Shown here piece after piece: positions 46,995-63,107 of a stretch of DNA of 64,000 nucleotides. Within the stretch, counting starts at the first letter, position 1. Each line of letters opens with the position of its first letter. Source of the DNA: Strigamia acuminata (lineage: Eukaryota); assembly GCA_949358305.1 (NCBI GenBank), contig OX442314.1:930001-994000 (forward strand), given 5' to 3'. Under the pieces are notes generated by a model. It worked only from the letters and a program-made list of their open reading frames with translations, was not told where the DNA came from and ran no database searches. A program made the translations under genes and the position numbers.

Positions 46995-49047
46995 TCATGT
47001 GCCCACGAAGGTTTTTGGCGTTTGGTACATCTCGTACGCGTACTCTTCCTGGTGTGAGGGGTCGTACTGCACGGCGATGTAATCGATCTCTAAATGAAAC
47101 GGACCGGGCAGCCGATCGCCGCACGAAATTCCAAAGTTTGTGATTTGCTTCAATGGGATCCGACACTGTTTGTCCTGCACCCGTCCTTTACTCCCTAAGA
47201 AAAACCTCGAGAATGGAATCTAAAACCCAAAAAAATGTAGTAAAATTATAATAAATAAAAATAAAAATGTAAATGTGTTTTCTGTTCATTATCTCAAATC
47301 TCCGAAAGTTCTTCACTGATTGGTTTGAAATTTGGACACAACGTTGAGTTCGAATTGGGGAATGTTCTTATATACCAGTGATACCCGTGACAGGTTTTTA
47401 TACACCTGTGACAGGTAAAAACGTGCTTTTTCCAAGCAAACATGGCGGCCGTCGGTTCTAGCGCCATCTGTTGCATGCTTCGCGAATGAGACAAGGTTGA
47501 CTCGAAAACCTGGCTTCGCAATTCAGCAGTATTTCCACGGGGTTTATTTCCACGGGGTTTATTTCCACGGGATTTATTTCGAAGGGATTTATTTCCACGG
47601 GGTTTATTTCCACGGGATTTATTTCGAAGGGATTTATTTCCACGGAGTTTATTTCGAAGGGATTTATTTCCACGGGGTTTATTTCTACGGGGTTTACTTC
47701 CACGGGGTTTATTTCCACGGGATTTATTTCCACGGGGTTTATTTCCACGAGGTTTATTTCCACGGGGTTTATTTCCACGGGGTTTATTTCCACGGGATTT
47801 ATTTCCACGGGATTTATTTCCACGGGGTTTATTTCCACGAGGTTTATTTCCACGGGGTTTATTTCCACGGGGTTTATTTCCACGGGATTTATTTCGAAGG
47901 GATTTATTTCCACGGGGTTTATTTCGAAGGGATTTATTTCCACGGGGTTTATTTCCACGGGGTTTACTTCCACGGGGTTTACTTCCACGGGATTTATTTC
48001 CACGGGGTTTATTTCCACGAGGTTTATTTCCACGGGGTTTATTTCCACGGGGTTTATTTCCACGGGGTTTATTTCCACGGGGTTTATTTCCACGGGGTTT
48101 ATTTCCACGGGGTTTATTTCCACGGGGTTTATTTCCACGGGGTTTATTTCCACGGGGTTTATTTCCACGGGGTTTATTTCCACGGGGTTTATTTCCATGG
48201 GATTTGTTTATGAGCCGGGTACAGCTAGTAATAAATAATAATAAAAAGTAGTCACTTTAGCTATCTGCCAGTAAGGGCCGCCTCTGGTGTACAACACGAA
48301 CTGGAAAATGTCGTTGAACATGACGTCGAAGTAGCCGACGCTCGCCAAATTGAGCATGTACGGGCGCCCATCGCCCCGAACTCGCATGATGAGATGAGTA
48401 AACATCTCCCAGTCGTGGTACATCGCCCGCTGGAACGATCGCTATTGAACAGAAAAAGATAGTTTCGCAAAGATTCTCATTTTTCGAATTTTTGCATTTT
48501 TCGCACAAACCCTCGGCCTCATGGAGCGCATGCTGCAATAGCCGGCCTTTTTCACTCGCCCGTCTTTCGGCAGATGGGTTTGCTGAATCCCACTGAACGT
48601 GGCGTTTTTCGCCTCGTTAAGTTGCAGCGTGCATCGACTGAAGCCTTCGCCGTGGTCCGAATCGGCCGTCACCACCCATTTGTCGAGCACTTGTTGCTTG
48701 TCGAATTTCCACACGACGTCGGTCGTTCCTGCCAAGAAAAATGTCATTCAAATACTAAAATTGAACATTTTAATTGATTATTCACCTGGATCGACGATCC
48801 ACGGTGGTTCGTCGAGGAATTTCTCTTTCATTTCGCCTTTCCACAAGCGAATTTCGTCCTTGAGTTGACCCAATCCGGACTTGACATGGCGAATTTGTTT
48901 GGGGATGTTTAGTGGTTCGTCCTTTCTGTAGCCGCCTTTCTCGTCCGGCTCCCAGAACGTATAGTTTGTTGATGAAGTTACGAATTGACGGAATTTATTA
49001 ATGAAATTGTGCTTGCATAGTTGGTTTTGCAAACAAATTCGATACAT
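46995..49047 (-). CDS. NDUFAF1: Complex I assembly factor CIA30
   Basis: FWEPDEKGGY, WVVTADSDHGEGFS, GYCSMRS, MRVRGDGRPYMLNL, YTRGGPYWQ, IPFSRFFLGSKGRVQDKQ, GPFHLEIDYI, EEYAYEMY. Confidence 0.95.
47250..48228 (+). mobile_element. Probable non-autonomous Helitron-like element in NDUFAF1 intron, containing a minisatellite
   Basis: Ends GCCGGGTACAG-CTAG|T (CTRR 3' terminus before T). The 5' part (TGATTGGTTTGAAATTTGGACACA) resembles arthropod non-autonomous Helitrons as I recall them. 5' TC terminus and full hairpin not identified. Confidence 0.5.
47530..48206. repeat. 15 bp minisatellite (ATTTCCACGGGGTTT), about 45 units
   Basis: Source of the spurious VEINP and GVYFH ORFs. Confidence 0.97.
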
Positions 49048-49611
49048 ATTTCGCACCCGGAGCTCGGAAGCCGGCTTCTTGCGTGCGATAGCTACGGAGA
49101 CGCACAGGCGCCATTTATATTTAAAAATAAAATTGATATTGTTTGGATTAATTGGATTTTTAACCGTTATTTCTAATTAAAAAAATCTTTTCTGGTGGTT
49201 TTTTCATCCTGATATTATTGGTCACGTCTGTTATAATTTGGATTGTTTATTTTTATTATTTAAATTGCTGTGTTCTCTTAACCACCGTAGAAAATGGGTT
49301 TGGTATGTACGACCGGTCGTGAAATAAGAATGAGGACCCATGAGGACTACTATGGACTTGCCGAGACTAAAACATATTTCTTTAGTGAAAAGTTCGGTTT
49401 TGCTGTAGAAAGATCGTTTTGTTATCCCAACTAATTGCTTGAGAAATGGGTAGGATAATTGTAGCGAATTTTGGCCAGGAACCAATTCACACAAATACCC
49501 GCATTCACAACTATACTGGAACTAGGTGTTCATCATTCCAGGTTTTGAAACAAACCCTAAAATTCCTTTCTAATGCGCATGCGCAGCTGTCTGCTTTGAT
49601 GGGTCAAGACG

Positions 49612-50462
49612 ATGGGCTCTGTAAGTACGTTTTCACCTTCGTTACACCTCAATAAACTCTAATTTCACTCTGATTTCAGTCAAATGATGTTGAAGAAGAA
49701 TTCCTCTTCGACGAACAACTCCTAAAATCCTTTGTACGGAGACTCGATCATGACAACCTGTTCGTGCGACCCCTGAAAAGTGGCGACTTCGACCGAGGCA
49801 TTAAACACAAACAAAACAATAAACAAAACACAAAATAATCATTAAAATTCCTCTTCCAGGCTTTATCAAGCTTTTAAACGAGTTGACTCAGGTTGGCAAT
49901 GTGTCCAAACAACAATTTCGAGGTGCCAATCAACCCAGGAATCCAAAATGGCGATTATATAATTTTATTTCTCTTCATCCAGAGCGCTTTAACCAGATGA
50001 AAGCGGGGAAAAGCTACTACGTATTCGTCATCGAAGACACAAACACTGACCAAGTAATTGGAGCAGCTACCTTATTCGTGGAGTTGAAATTTATTCACGG
50101 TTGTGCGCAGGTCAGGGTCGATTTTATTTAAAAAATTAAAAAAAATCTTTAAATTGAAGCGCTTTTGTGTGTAGAAAGGGTATTTGGAAGACGTGGTGGT
50201 GGCGCAGAGCTACCGCGGTAAACAACTGGGCAAAATGTGAGTTTAAAACGCGATAAATGTATTAAAAATGAGATTAATCGACAACGGCGCTTCGTTTTTC
50301 AGCCTCATCGAAAGCGTGACGCAACTAGGCCAACAACTCGGTGTGTACAAGGTGATTCTCAATTGCAAGGACAGTTTGATCAAGTTTTACGAGCAACTCG
50401 GGTTTATTCGGGAAGAAGGAAATGCCAACATGCTGCAAATTCGATTTCAATCTAAACATTGA
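49612..50462 (+). CDS. GNPNAT1: Glucosamine-6-phosphate N-acetyltransferase
   Basis: LFVRPLKSGDFDRGFIKLLNELT, YYVFVIED, ATLFVELKFIHGC, EDVVV...YRGKQLGK, YKVILNC...FYEQLGF. Intron 2 needs a GC donor at 49798. Confidence 0.93.
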
Positions 50463-50701
50463 TGTACGATTCTATTTTTATACAATAAAACGTGTGATTA
50501 TTTGATAAGATCATCCGCTAGATAAAGCGTTGTTTGTTTGCTTAATTCCCCACGAGATGGCGCCGCAAGCTTTTGACGTGGCAATGGAGTCCTTGTGCTG
50601 AGTTGTCAGATCGAACGTGGCTCGTTCGTGTTTATATTGAAAATCCGACCAAAGTAATGTAGTTTAATTTGGTTTAATGATTTTTGTTGATCAATTATTA
50701 A

Positions 50702-54507
<3,806 letters not shown>

Positions 54508-54589
54508 ATTATTCAAGAATTCAAGAATGGATTTCTAGTGTATCGATTGTTTAATAAATGCGATTGTTTAAAAAGTTTAAATACAATGT

Positions 54590-55074
54590 TTATGGTTTCT
54601 TGAAGAGTATATATATGAAAAATAAAAGGAAAGTTATGAGGAGAACAATCAGAGTTGTTTTTCGGTTTCTGCTGTGGAATGATTCGAGTTCCTTTTCTGT
54701 AAAGAAGGAAAAAAAATTTTAATTCACATTTTACGTATTCTTTTATTTTTTCATGATTTATATACCTTGGTTTCGTAATTCGCTTTTTACTTGACTCAAT
54801 TCCGTTTCTACATTGTTCCTTTGAATACATAAACAAGTGGTAATTTGAATTTTTGATTTGATAATGAAAACGGGAACCTTTCGTGTTTAGTTAATCCACT
54901 TTGCCGCAACTTGCTTTCCAGACGATGAACAATCTTTTGACTCTCATCAATCGCATATTTCGCTGCATCGATCTAGCAAAGTTAAGTTTAAATTAGCGAT
55001 TTTGTTAGAGAAAAATATGACTTTAATTCATACCGTACCCTGTGCATTAAGCCGGAACCCGAGTTATCCGCCAT
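54590..55074 (-). CDS. CCDC167: Small tail-anchored coiled-coil protein, CCDC167-like (~97 aa)
   Basis: Four short exons splice to MADNSGSGLMHR|IDAAKYAIDESQKIVHRLESKLRQSGLTKHER|NNVETELSQVKSELRNQ|EKELESFHSRNRKTTLIVLLITFLLFFIYILFKKP*. The EKEL....NRK plus TM tail matches CCDC167. Not in the ORF track. Confidence 0.8.
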
Positions 55075-55254
55075 CTTTAAACATCACCATCCTAAACTAA
55101 AACATGCTAAAATGTACAGTTTTATTAAATTTTATGACTAATACTGACGTCATAACAGTTGAGTGTAGAAAAAAGGAACATTGCAAACTCGATTTTTGTA
55201 TTGGCTGATCGATCGGATGCCTGGTTGCCCGGTTGCAACCGGTCTCCGTCTACC

Positions 55255-55862
55255 GGAGCGGTCCATCTGCCGACGAAATTCAACTTTGTATCAATACACA
55301 GACAAATCAAACAACGGCGCAGTTCAGCGCGCGCAATTTCAATTCATCTCATCGAACCACGCACGTTTTTTATTTTCGAATGTCGGACATAACAGCTAAG
55401 AGCCTTTCGAGTTCTTTTTCCAAAAAAAGGATGACAGATGTTTTAATGATTTAATTTGATATCAGCAAATTGATTGAGGTATTTCTGAGGAATTAATTAA
55501 ACTTCGGATTAATTTCCCGAATCTTTTCACAGCGTTGAGCCGTTATGAGTACCAATAAGTAACTGGCCCTTCGATTTCTTAATTTAATAAAGGAAATCCA
55601 CAAAGAAAGTTGAATTTTTAAATCCCGCCAGAGCAACGGCGATGAACAACGACATTGCGGATCGTCCTCGTCCGAATATTCCCCGCATGATCGCCGTTGC
55701 GCCCGCGCCAGATGCTGAAATCGACATTACACAAGTATTTCATCCTAAATATCAAACAAAATAATTAAAAGGTATTTAATTTATATATAAGAAGTAGCTT
55801 CGTGAACTGTATTGCGGATTTCGTAGTAGATCCGAATGAGGTTTACGCGAATGCCAACAGGA
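55255..55862 (+). pseudogene. 5' fragment of RBR gene (promoter, 5' UTR intron, first coding exons), degraded
   Basis: Homologous to 57953-59025 with internal deletions and only one N-terminal repeat unit. Confidence 0.85.
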
Positions 55863-55879
55863 GGCCATCATCGACAACA

Positions 55880-56295
55880 AGCATTTCGGGATGTGCAACG
55901 GCGCTTCTCTGGGTTTCTTTAGCCGTTCGGCGATCTAACGATCGATTACGATGTTTCTTCTGTTGGGATCCACCAAGAAATCCGGGTAGAGCGTACGAAG
56001 ATCGTTAACGATATTAGTCACTTCCTACATACAAGTTAAATTCATTTTTATTATTTTGTTTGACAGTTGGGATTAATTTAGGACGAAATACTTCTTCCGT
56101 AATGTCGATTTCAGCACTGGGCGCTACGGCGATCATGCCGGGAATGTTCGGACGAGGCCGATTCGCAATGTCGTCGTTCATCGTCGTTTATCTGGTGGGA
56201 TTTTAAAATTTCAACTTTCTTCATCGATTTTCAAGATTAAATGAAGAAATGAGTGTGCCAGTTACTTATTGATATTCATAACTGCTCAACTCTGC
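55880..56295 (-). pseudogene. Second 5' fragment of RBR gene in opposite orientation
   Basis: Homologous to 30410-31145 and tail-to-tail with the 55255-55862 fragment. Confidence 0.85.
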
Positions 56296-56889
56296 ACAGT
56301 TTAATCTGTTTAAATTAATTGATTAATTAATTAATTAATTAAGTAATTAATTAATTCATTAATTAAATTAATAAGAGATTTATAATTAATAAATCAATAA
56401 AATATCTAATTAAATAAATGATGTACCACTAGAAATAAAGATTGTGAATTCTTTGAAAAGAAAGTTGATCAGGTGATATTATTGTGCAATGCAGTGCAGC
56501 CTTGACGGCGGGGCTTTGAGTGCTTCATGTGTTGTGGTGAACTTTCTAAAAAATCATTTTTTGTAATGCTACACCAATTTAATTTCGTTTGATATTATTT
56601 TACATTTCTAAATTTTGAAGTGATGAAATTGAGTGTTCTAGTCAATTTGTACATCGCTCGAAAAGCACTTTGTAAACTAATCGATCATCTTATGTCATTC
56701 CGAACGAGTTAAAACCAAAGCTGATCTCGTGCTTATTTATGTGAGCATGCGTCCCACCCCAGAGTACTTTACACTAGTGTAAATTACTTTTAATGATGAG
56801 TTTATTGTTGTTTATTTACTTTATTTAGGCATTATTAGGTCTAGTTCTAGGTACTACTAAATAACAACTGGAAAAATCGCCTGCGCCAA

Positions 56890-57410
56890 ATGGGATGCGC
56901 AGTACAAATTTAGCATCAAGATACCGGGCGCGAACTGTAGGTCAGTCCAAACTCCACAAGGGCAGGGCTGACCTCGGGGCGGGATTGTACCGAAAGTACA
57001 GTAACGCCGGTACCAGTACTGTACTGCAGCCCTTACCGCGGTACTTCTGTTGCCAGCTTTGTACCGGGACTGCGTTACTTTTCCTAGCAGCCTGCAGTCC
57101 CGTGTAATTGAACCGCAACCGCAGTACTTCGGGCGACCTGCAGTACGGGTACCGGGACTTTGTGGTACACGGGAAAACGCAAGAAAACACGACATTCTCA
57201 TGTTTTCTCCCGTTTTCTACGTTAATTTTAAAATGTTGATGTTAGGAACATCAATAATTTCTAAAATTCCTAAAACAAAATTAATAAAAACCAAATAAAA
57301 GTGTATTCGTACCGCGTACCGCCGTACACGTTGGGTGTACTGCGCCCAACACTGGGCGCGAACTGCAGTCAGTCCCCACACCACGAGGGTAGGGCTGACC
57401 TCGGGGCCAT
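56890..57410. mobile_element. GC-rich, GTAC-motif-rich MITE-like insertion
   Basis: ~55 bp imperfect direct repeats GGGCGCGAACTG...AGGGCTGACCTCGGGGC at ~56925 and ~57354, an inverted GCGCAGTACA/TGTACTGCGC pair and many internal GTAC motifs. No coding signal. Confidence 0.45.
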
Positions 57411-57459
57411 TGGGCAGAGTGTGTCAGTGACGCTGGGTGCCCTTGAGAAGCGAAACGGT

Positions 57460-57867
57460 CACAAAATAATCAACTTGATTAATTCGATGAATTCAATTAA
57501 TTACAGAACCATTAATCAAGAAAAGGAGGGAGGGCTTGAGGAAAAAGAAGGCGATGAGCCCCCTGAAAGTGATGACGCAACAAATCGATAAACTCTTCTA
57601 CAAAGAGAAGTTGTTCATCGAGATGGAAGACAGGATCATTCGTACAGTTTAAAGAGCAAAAATCGTGTCGTTTAAATACATGTCATTTCTTTTCTAGAAT
57701 ACAAGAAGGACAAGGAAGCGGAACGTCTGACTAAAATCGAAGTGGCAAAGGCAAACGACGAACTGATGGAGTGCAGTTGCTGCTTCGAGGACGAAGTGCT
57801 CTTGGAGGACATGCTGCAGTGCACGGACGGGCACTTAATTGTTCTGCAGATCGTGCGTCCGGCGCCA
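57460..57867 (+). pseudogene. Internal RBR gene fragment (up to start of RING1)
   Basis: LFYKEKLFIEMEDRI, intron, YKKDKEAERLTKIE...ECSCCFEDEVLLEDMLQCTDGH, then a frameshift and truncation at the duplication junction. Confidence 0.88.
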
Positions 57868-60800
57868 TTATTATTTTAAATTTACTTATTTTTGGAAGTA
57901 AAGACTTTTGTTAATGCAAAAAGGAAATGAAAATAAAAATATTTTTGGTCTGGAGGTCCATCTGGTGACAAAATTCAACTTTGTATCAATAAACAAAGAC
58001 AAATCAAACAACGGCGCAGTTCGGCGCGCGCAATTTCAAATCCATTTCACGAGCCATGCAAGTCTTGGCTTTTATTTTCGAATCACGAACGAAAAGGCCC
58101 GAGAGCCTTTCGGGTTCTTCGTCCAAAGAAACGATGGCAGCGGCATTATTGATTTAATATGACAGCTGCAAATTGATTCAGGTATTTCTGAGTAATTAAT
58201 TAAATAATTAATTCGGATTAATTTCCCGTTTCTTTCCACAGAGTTGAGCCGTTATGAATATCAATAAATAACTGGCACTTAAAAGCACATCGATTTCTCA
58301 ATTTAATCATAAAAATCAATGAAAAAAGTTGAATTTTTAAAATCCAACCAGATCAACGACGATGCACAGCGACGGCGATGACATCGCGGATCGTCCGTCC
58401 ACTCCCGCCACGATCGCCGTTGCGCCCGCGCCGATGAACAACGACGGCGACGACATCGCGGATCTTCCGTCTATTCCCGTCGCGATCGCCGATGCACCCG
58501 CGCCGATGAACAACGACGGCGACAACGACGACGACGACAACATTGCAGATCGTCCGTCCATTCTCGGCACGATCGCCGTTGAGCCCGCGCCGATGAACAA
58601 CGATGACGGCGACGACATCGCGGATCGTCCGTCCATTCCCGTCATGATCGGCGATGCACCCGCACCACAGCACGCCGTTGAAGACAAAGACGACGACGAC
58701 AACATTGCGGATCGTCCGTCCATTCCCGGCACGATCGCCGTTGCGCCCGCGCCGATGAACAACGACGGCGACGACATCGCGGATCGTCCGCCCACTCCCG
58801 GCAAAATCGCCGTTGCGCCCGCGCCAGATGCTGAAATCGACATCACGGAAGTATTTCATCGTAAATTAATCCTAACTATCAAACAAAATAATTAAAAGGG
58901 ATTTAAATTGTATATAGGAAGTAACTACGATCGTTAACAAGCTCCGTGAACTCTATTCGGATTTCGTGGTCGATCCGAACGAGGTGTACGCGCTGCTCGA
59001 ATCAGAGAGCGCAAATGCCAACAGGACGAACATCGTGATCGATCGGATGATCGCGAAATGGCTGAAAGAACCGGAAGAAGCGCCGTTGAACATCACGGAG
59101 GAAACGAAAGCGGACAAATACGACGAGTTGCTGAACGACGTGGAAGTGGTGATCAAGCTCGTTCGAAACAAGAGCCGGGAAGAGATCCTCGCGTATTTGG
59201 AGGCGTTCCACGCGAATCCGGACCGAGTACGCATCGTGGTCAACGAGTTGCTCGAAATAAACGGGCCGGCGAATGATGTTCCGACGGCACCGGTCGCGTC
59301 GACGGCGGCGGAGAAGGTGGAGTCGATTTTAGAGCTCTTCCCGGACGCCGATCCCGATTATGTGCGCAATTTCGTCGAGAAATGCGCGGATAATGTGAAT
59401 TACATCAACGCGACCGTCTACGGGTGGATGGAGAATCGGAATTATCCGAAGTTGGCGGAAGTTCAACGAGCGGCGGCTAAACGGAAAATTATGGAAAGGT
59501 TTGCTCCTGTTTTATGCATTCGAATATTTTTATGATACAACGCAAGATTTGTATTAAGTTTTTTCCGTTTTCAGCAATTTCAGCGTCGAGGAGTTCTTGG
59601 AGATGTTCCCGGACCCGGAGAAGTATTTCCAAAACGAAGACAGAGACACGACTAGATTGTACAAACACCACGTCAATCGTTACCTCGAAATGAAGTATAA
59701 ATACGCGTTCCACCAGGATTTGTTGAAAGTGATGTACAAACACAAGTTCCACCTCACGCCCGTCGTGAAGGAGTTGAATGACATCTGGAACTTTTCCCCA
59801 ACAGACGGTGAACTAATTAATCAATTAATCAATCAATCAATCAATCGATCGATTAATTCGATGAATGCAGAACCGCTAGCCAAGAAAAAGAAACAGACCG
59901 GCTTGAGGATAAAGAAGTTTCCGTCTCAACGCTATCCCATGCCGAAAGAGGTCGACGAGCTTTTCTACAAAGAGAAGTTGTTCATCGAAATGGAAGACAA
60001 GATCAAACGTAATTTACAATCATAAATCATGTAATCGTGTAATCACACGTGATTCAATTTCTAGAATACAGGAAGGACAAGGAAGCGGAACGACTGACTA
60101 AAATCGAAGCGGCGAAAGAAAACGGCCAACTGGCGGAGTGCAGTTTGTGCTTCGAGGACGAAGTGCTCTTGGAGGACATGCTGCAGTGCACGGACGGGCA
60201 CCTGTTCTGCAGGACGTGCATACGGCGTCAGGCAGAGATGCACATCGGCCTGGGCAAGTACGAGATCCCGTGCCTCGACCCGTACTGCGAGAGCCACTTC
60301 CCGCCCGTCGTGCTGCAGAACGTCTTGCCGCCCAACGTGTTCTCCAACGTCGTCCGCAAGTTGCAGGAGGAAGAGATCCGGCGCGCCGACATCCCGGACC
60401 TGGAGTCGTGTCCTCACTGCTCCTTCAGCGCCATCATTTCGGACGCGAATATCAAGATCTTTCGCTGCCTGAACCCGGAGTGTCTCAAAGTGACGTGCAG
60501 GTGACGTCAAAAGAAAATATGAATAAATGAAAATGCTAATTCAGTTTGTAAATGAAGATCGTGCAAGCAGCCGAACCACCTCCCGCTGGGCTGCGACGAG
60601 CTGAAATCCGAAGTGGAATTCCGCACGTACGTCGAAGACCAGATGACGGACGCGTTGCTACGCACGTGTCCCGGCTGCAAACGCCGTATCATCAAAGAGT
60701 ACGGCTGCAACTCGATGATGTGCACGTGCGGCACACACTTCTGCTACGTTTGTCGCCAGCCCATCAAGAACTACTCGCATTTCGGGGACGGAAGGTGAGT

Positions 60801-63090
60801 TAACGATTCACAAAAGTGAATAAATCTCATTTGAATTATTATCAGGTGTCCTCAATACTCGAACGACGAGGAACTGCATCGGCTGGAAGTGCAGGAAGGC
60901 GCCAAGAAGGCGAAACAAGACTACCTAGAGACGCACCCAGAAGCGCGCGCATCAGAATTAAGGCACGACCCGGCCCAAACGCCGTTCGCGGCCGTGCAGA
61001 GGCAGCAGCAGCTGTACGCGCACGGCGCCATGCCCAGGCTGAACGAGCAAGGCCAGATCGTCTTCCAGGAACCCCGACCTTACGCCAACCAGCAGCGGCG
61101 TGCGCAGGCTCAACTGCCATTCAACTTGCCTTGGCCCTTTAATTTTTGGCGACCTGCACCGAGGCCCCCGCCGCCGCGGCCGCCGGTAGTACCGCCCCCA
61201 CAACCGTTTCTTTTTGGACAACCGGTGCCAGACCCTTTTCTCTTTGGACAACCGGCGCCAAACGCCGATCCTCCCGTACAAGCTGCGCCGAGGCCAGCTC
61301 GTCGTCGTGCTCGTCGTCGTTAATTTTTCACTATGCGATCAAAGCAATAATTAGTTAATTAATTAATTATTTTTTATTGTTCTTTGAAATTGATTGAAAT
61401 TGAATTGAAAATGATTTTCTTCTGTTTTCATTTGTTTTCTAAATAAGAATAAATCGCGAGTGAACCCGGTTAAAATTTGACAAAATTATTATTGAGGTGC
61501 CTGAAATTCAACGTTTTCTTTTCTAACAATCATTCGTACGCCAGCTGATTGCAGTTGAATTAAAAATTGAAAACGTCCCCTTGAAACTTCTCTGCTTAAA
61601 AAAATGCACGATGTTGCGTTAGGTTTGCTGCAAAAGATAACGCATTACCATGACAGTAACGATAATGCATGCAACACTGGCAATCAGCCCTAAGTTATAA
61701 CAATAATAATAAGGCGATATTAATCCATATTGCTAGCAATATTATTCGATAATGCATTTTAACTACAAGATGTTATTGTTTAATTTCCACAATAATAAAA
61801 AGCAAGTTTTCAAATATAAGCACACTCATAATTAGCCTATAAGAACGAAGCTGATAAATATTTATCACACAATTATTATTCACCGTTAAAGTTGTTTGCT
61901 TCAATTGACAGCTTGGTGAAAGGTACACTTCAATGAAACCTGCTGCAGGAATGAAAAACAAAAACTAATAACGTTTGTTTTCAACATTAAAAGTCTTCTA
62001 ACTACTTTCAGTAAAGACTGCAGGTGTTAAGAATTGCTTAGAAGTGTTTTCAATTTCATAGTATTTAGGCCAATAATAGCTAATTTCTATTATGTGAGGC
62101 AATTAGCTGCAGATGTTCAATTGATTGTTTTTCCTTTGTTCACTATATAAGCTCGCAATCTCACATTGAAACTTCAGTCTTCAGTCGATTAGACGAATGA
62201 AGATGTTTCTCCAAAGAGAGAGACATACTTGGCTGTTCGTGGTCTTGCAGCTTTCAGGTAACTTTTTCAGTTTGGAACAGAGAAAACTTGTTGTTTGACG
62301 TTGTAGTCACTGTAACCTTAGTAGAAAAATACTTTGAAATAATAATAAATCATGATTCATACATTTATTTCAGTTATTGGATTGATATCATCGTACAACT
62401 TGATTCCAAAACACTTCAATGATGTAAATAAGGCTTTGCACCATGTAGTTGGGCATGTACAACATCGAATTCCTTCAGCAACCACAACTCACAGTGGAAC
62501 ATATTCCACTTCATCGTTTTCTGGTGGAACGTCTTGGAGTGGATCTTCTTCGAGTGGATCATCGTCTGGTGGATCTTCTTCTAGTGGATCATCTTCTGGT
62601 GGATCATCTTCTAGTGGATCATCTTCCAGTGGAACTTCTAGTAGATCATCTTCTAGTCAAAATGTTGAATATTACACTGTTGATCTGCAGTTTGTTCAAC
62701 TGATTCAAGAAGTTAGAGCCTCAACTAAAGCGGTTAAGGTCCATGCTCAAAGACATCAAGATGGCCTCTACAAACTGACTTTAACCACTGACAAAGGAAC
62801 AAAAACATATGACAAAATATCAAAAGCCACATTTGACTTGTTTGCCAAATTACTTAAAAATCCAAGGTTGCAAATCAAAGAAGTTGGAAAAGTTGGGTCA
62901 AAAGTAAAAATTGCTGTTTCTCCTGAACCACCAAAACCAACAAATATTTTTAAAATAAAACCCCAACTTTTAGATGCAGTCAATAGAATAAGAAAGGGAG
63001 GTTATTCAATTCAAATATCAACAAAGGGCAATAAGTACACAATAACTGTGACTAATAAGTCAAGCGGAAAAAAAGAAACATATGCTGATT
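57868..63090 (+). repeat. Right arm of inverted segmental duplication
   Basis: Reverse complement of 26411-31516; homology stops abruptly at 63090. Confidence 0.93.
58362..61323 (+). CDS. RNF216: RNF216/TRIAD3-like RBR E3 ubiquitin ligase, copy 2, apparently intact
   Basis: Exons 58362-58850, 58918-59498, 59575-59807, 59871-60008, 60065-60500, 60558-60794, 60846-61323. Six N-terminal repeats, CUE-like LELFPDADPDYV, RING1, IBR and RING2 RTCPGC...KEYGCNSMMCTCGTHFCYVC...YSHF with catalytic Cys/His. Start codon inferred. Confidence 0.88.
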
Positions 63091-63107
63091 GTTGTAGTAA
63101 AATATGA
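62197..63107 (+). pseudogene. Second copy of secreted repeat-protein gene, interrupted after about two domains
   Basis: Promoter, exon 1 (62197-62257), intron and start of exon 2 match copy 1 up to KETYAD; foreign sequence then adds CCSKI*. Confidence 0.85.

Noticed and set aside
47458..48213. 246 aa (VEINP)n and 238 aa (GVYFH)n ORFs
   Set aside because: Artefacts of a stop-free 15 bp minisatellite inside an NDUFAF1 intron.
57908..58162. 84 aa ORF (and 31258-31476 counterpart) upstream of the RBR gene
   Set aside because: Non-ATG start in the track, different stops between copies and overlap with the presumed promoter and 5' UTR. Similarity is explained by the recent duplication.
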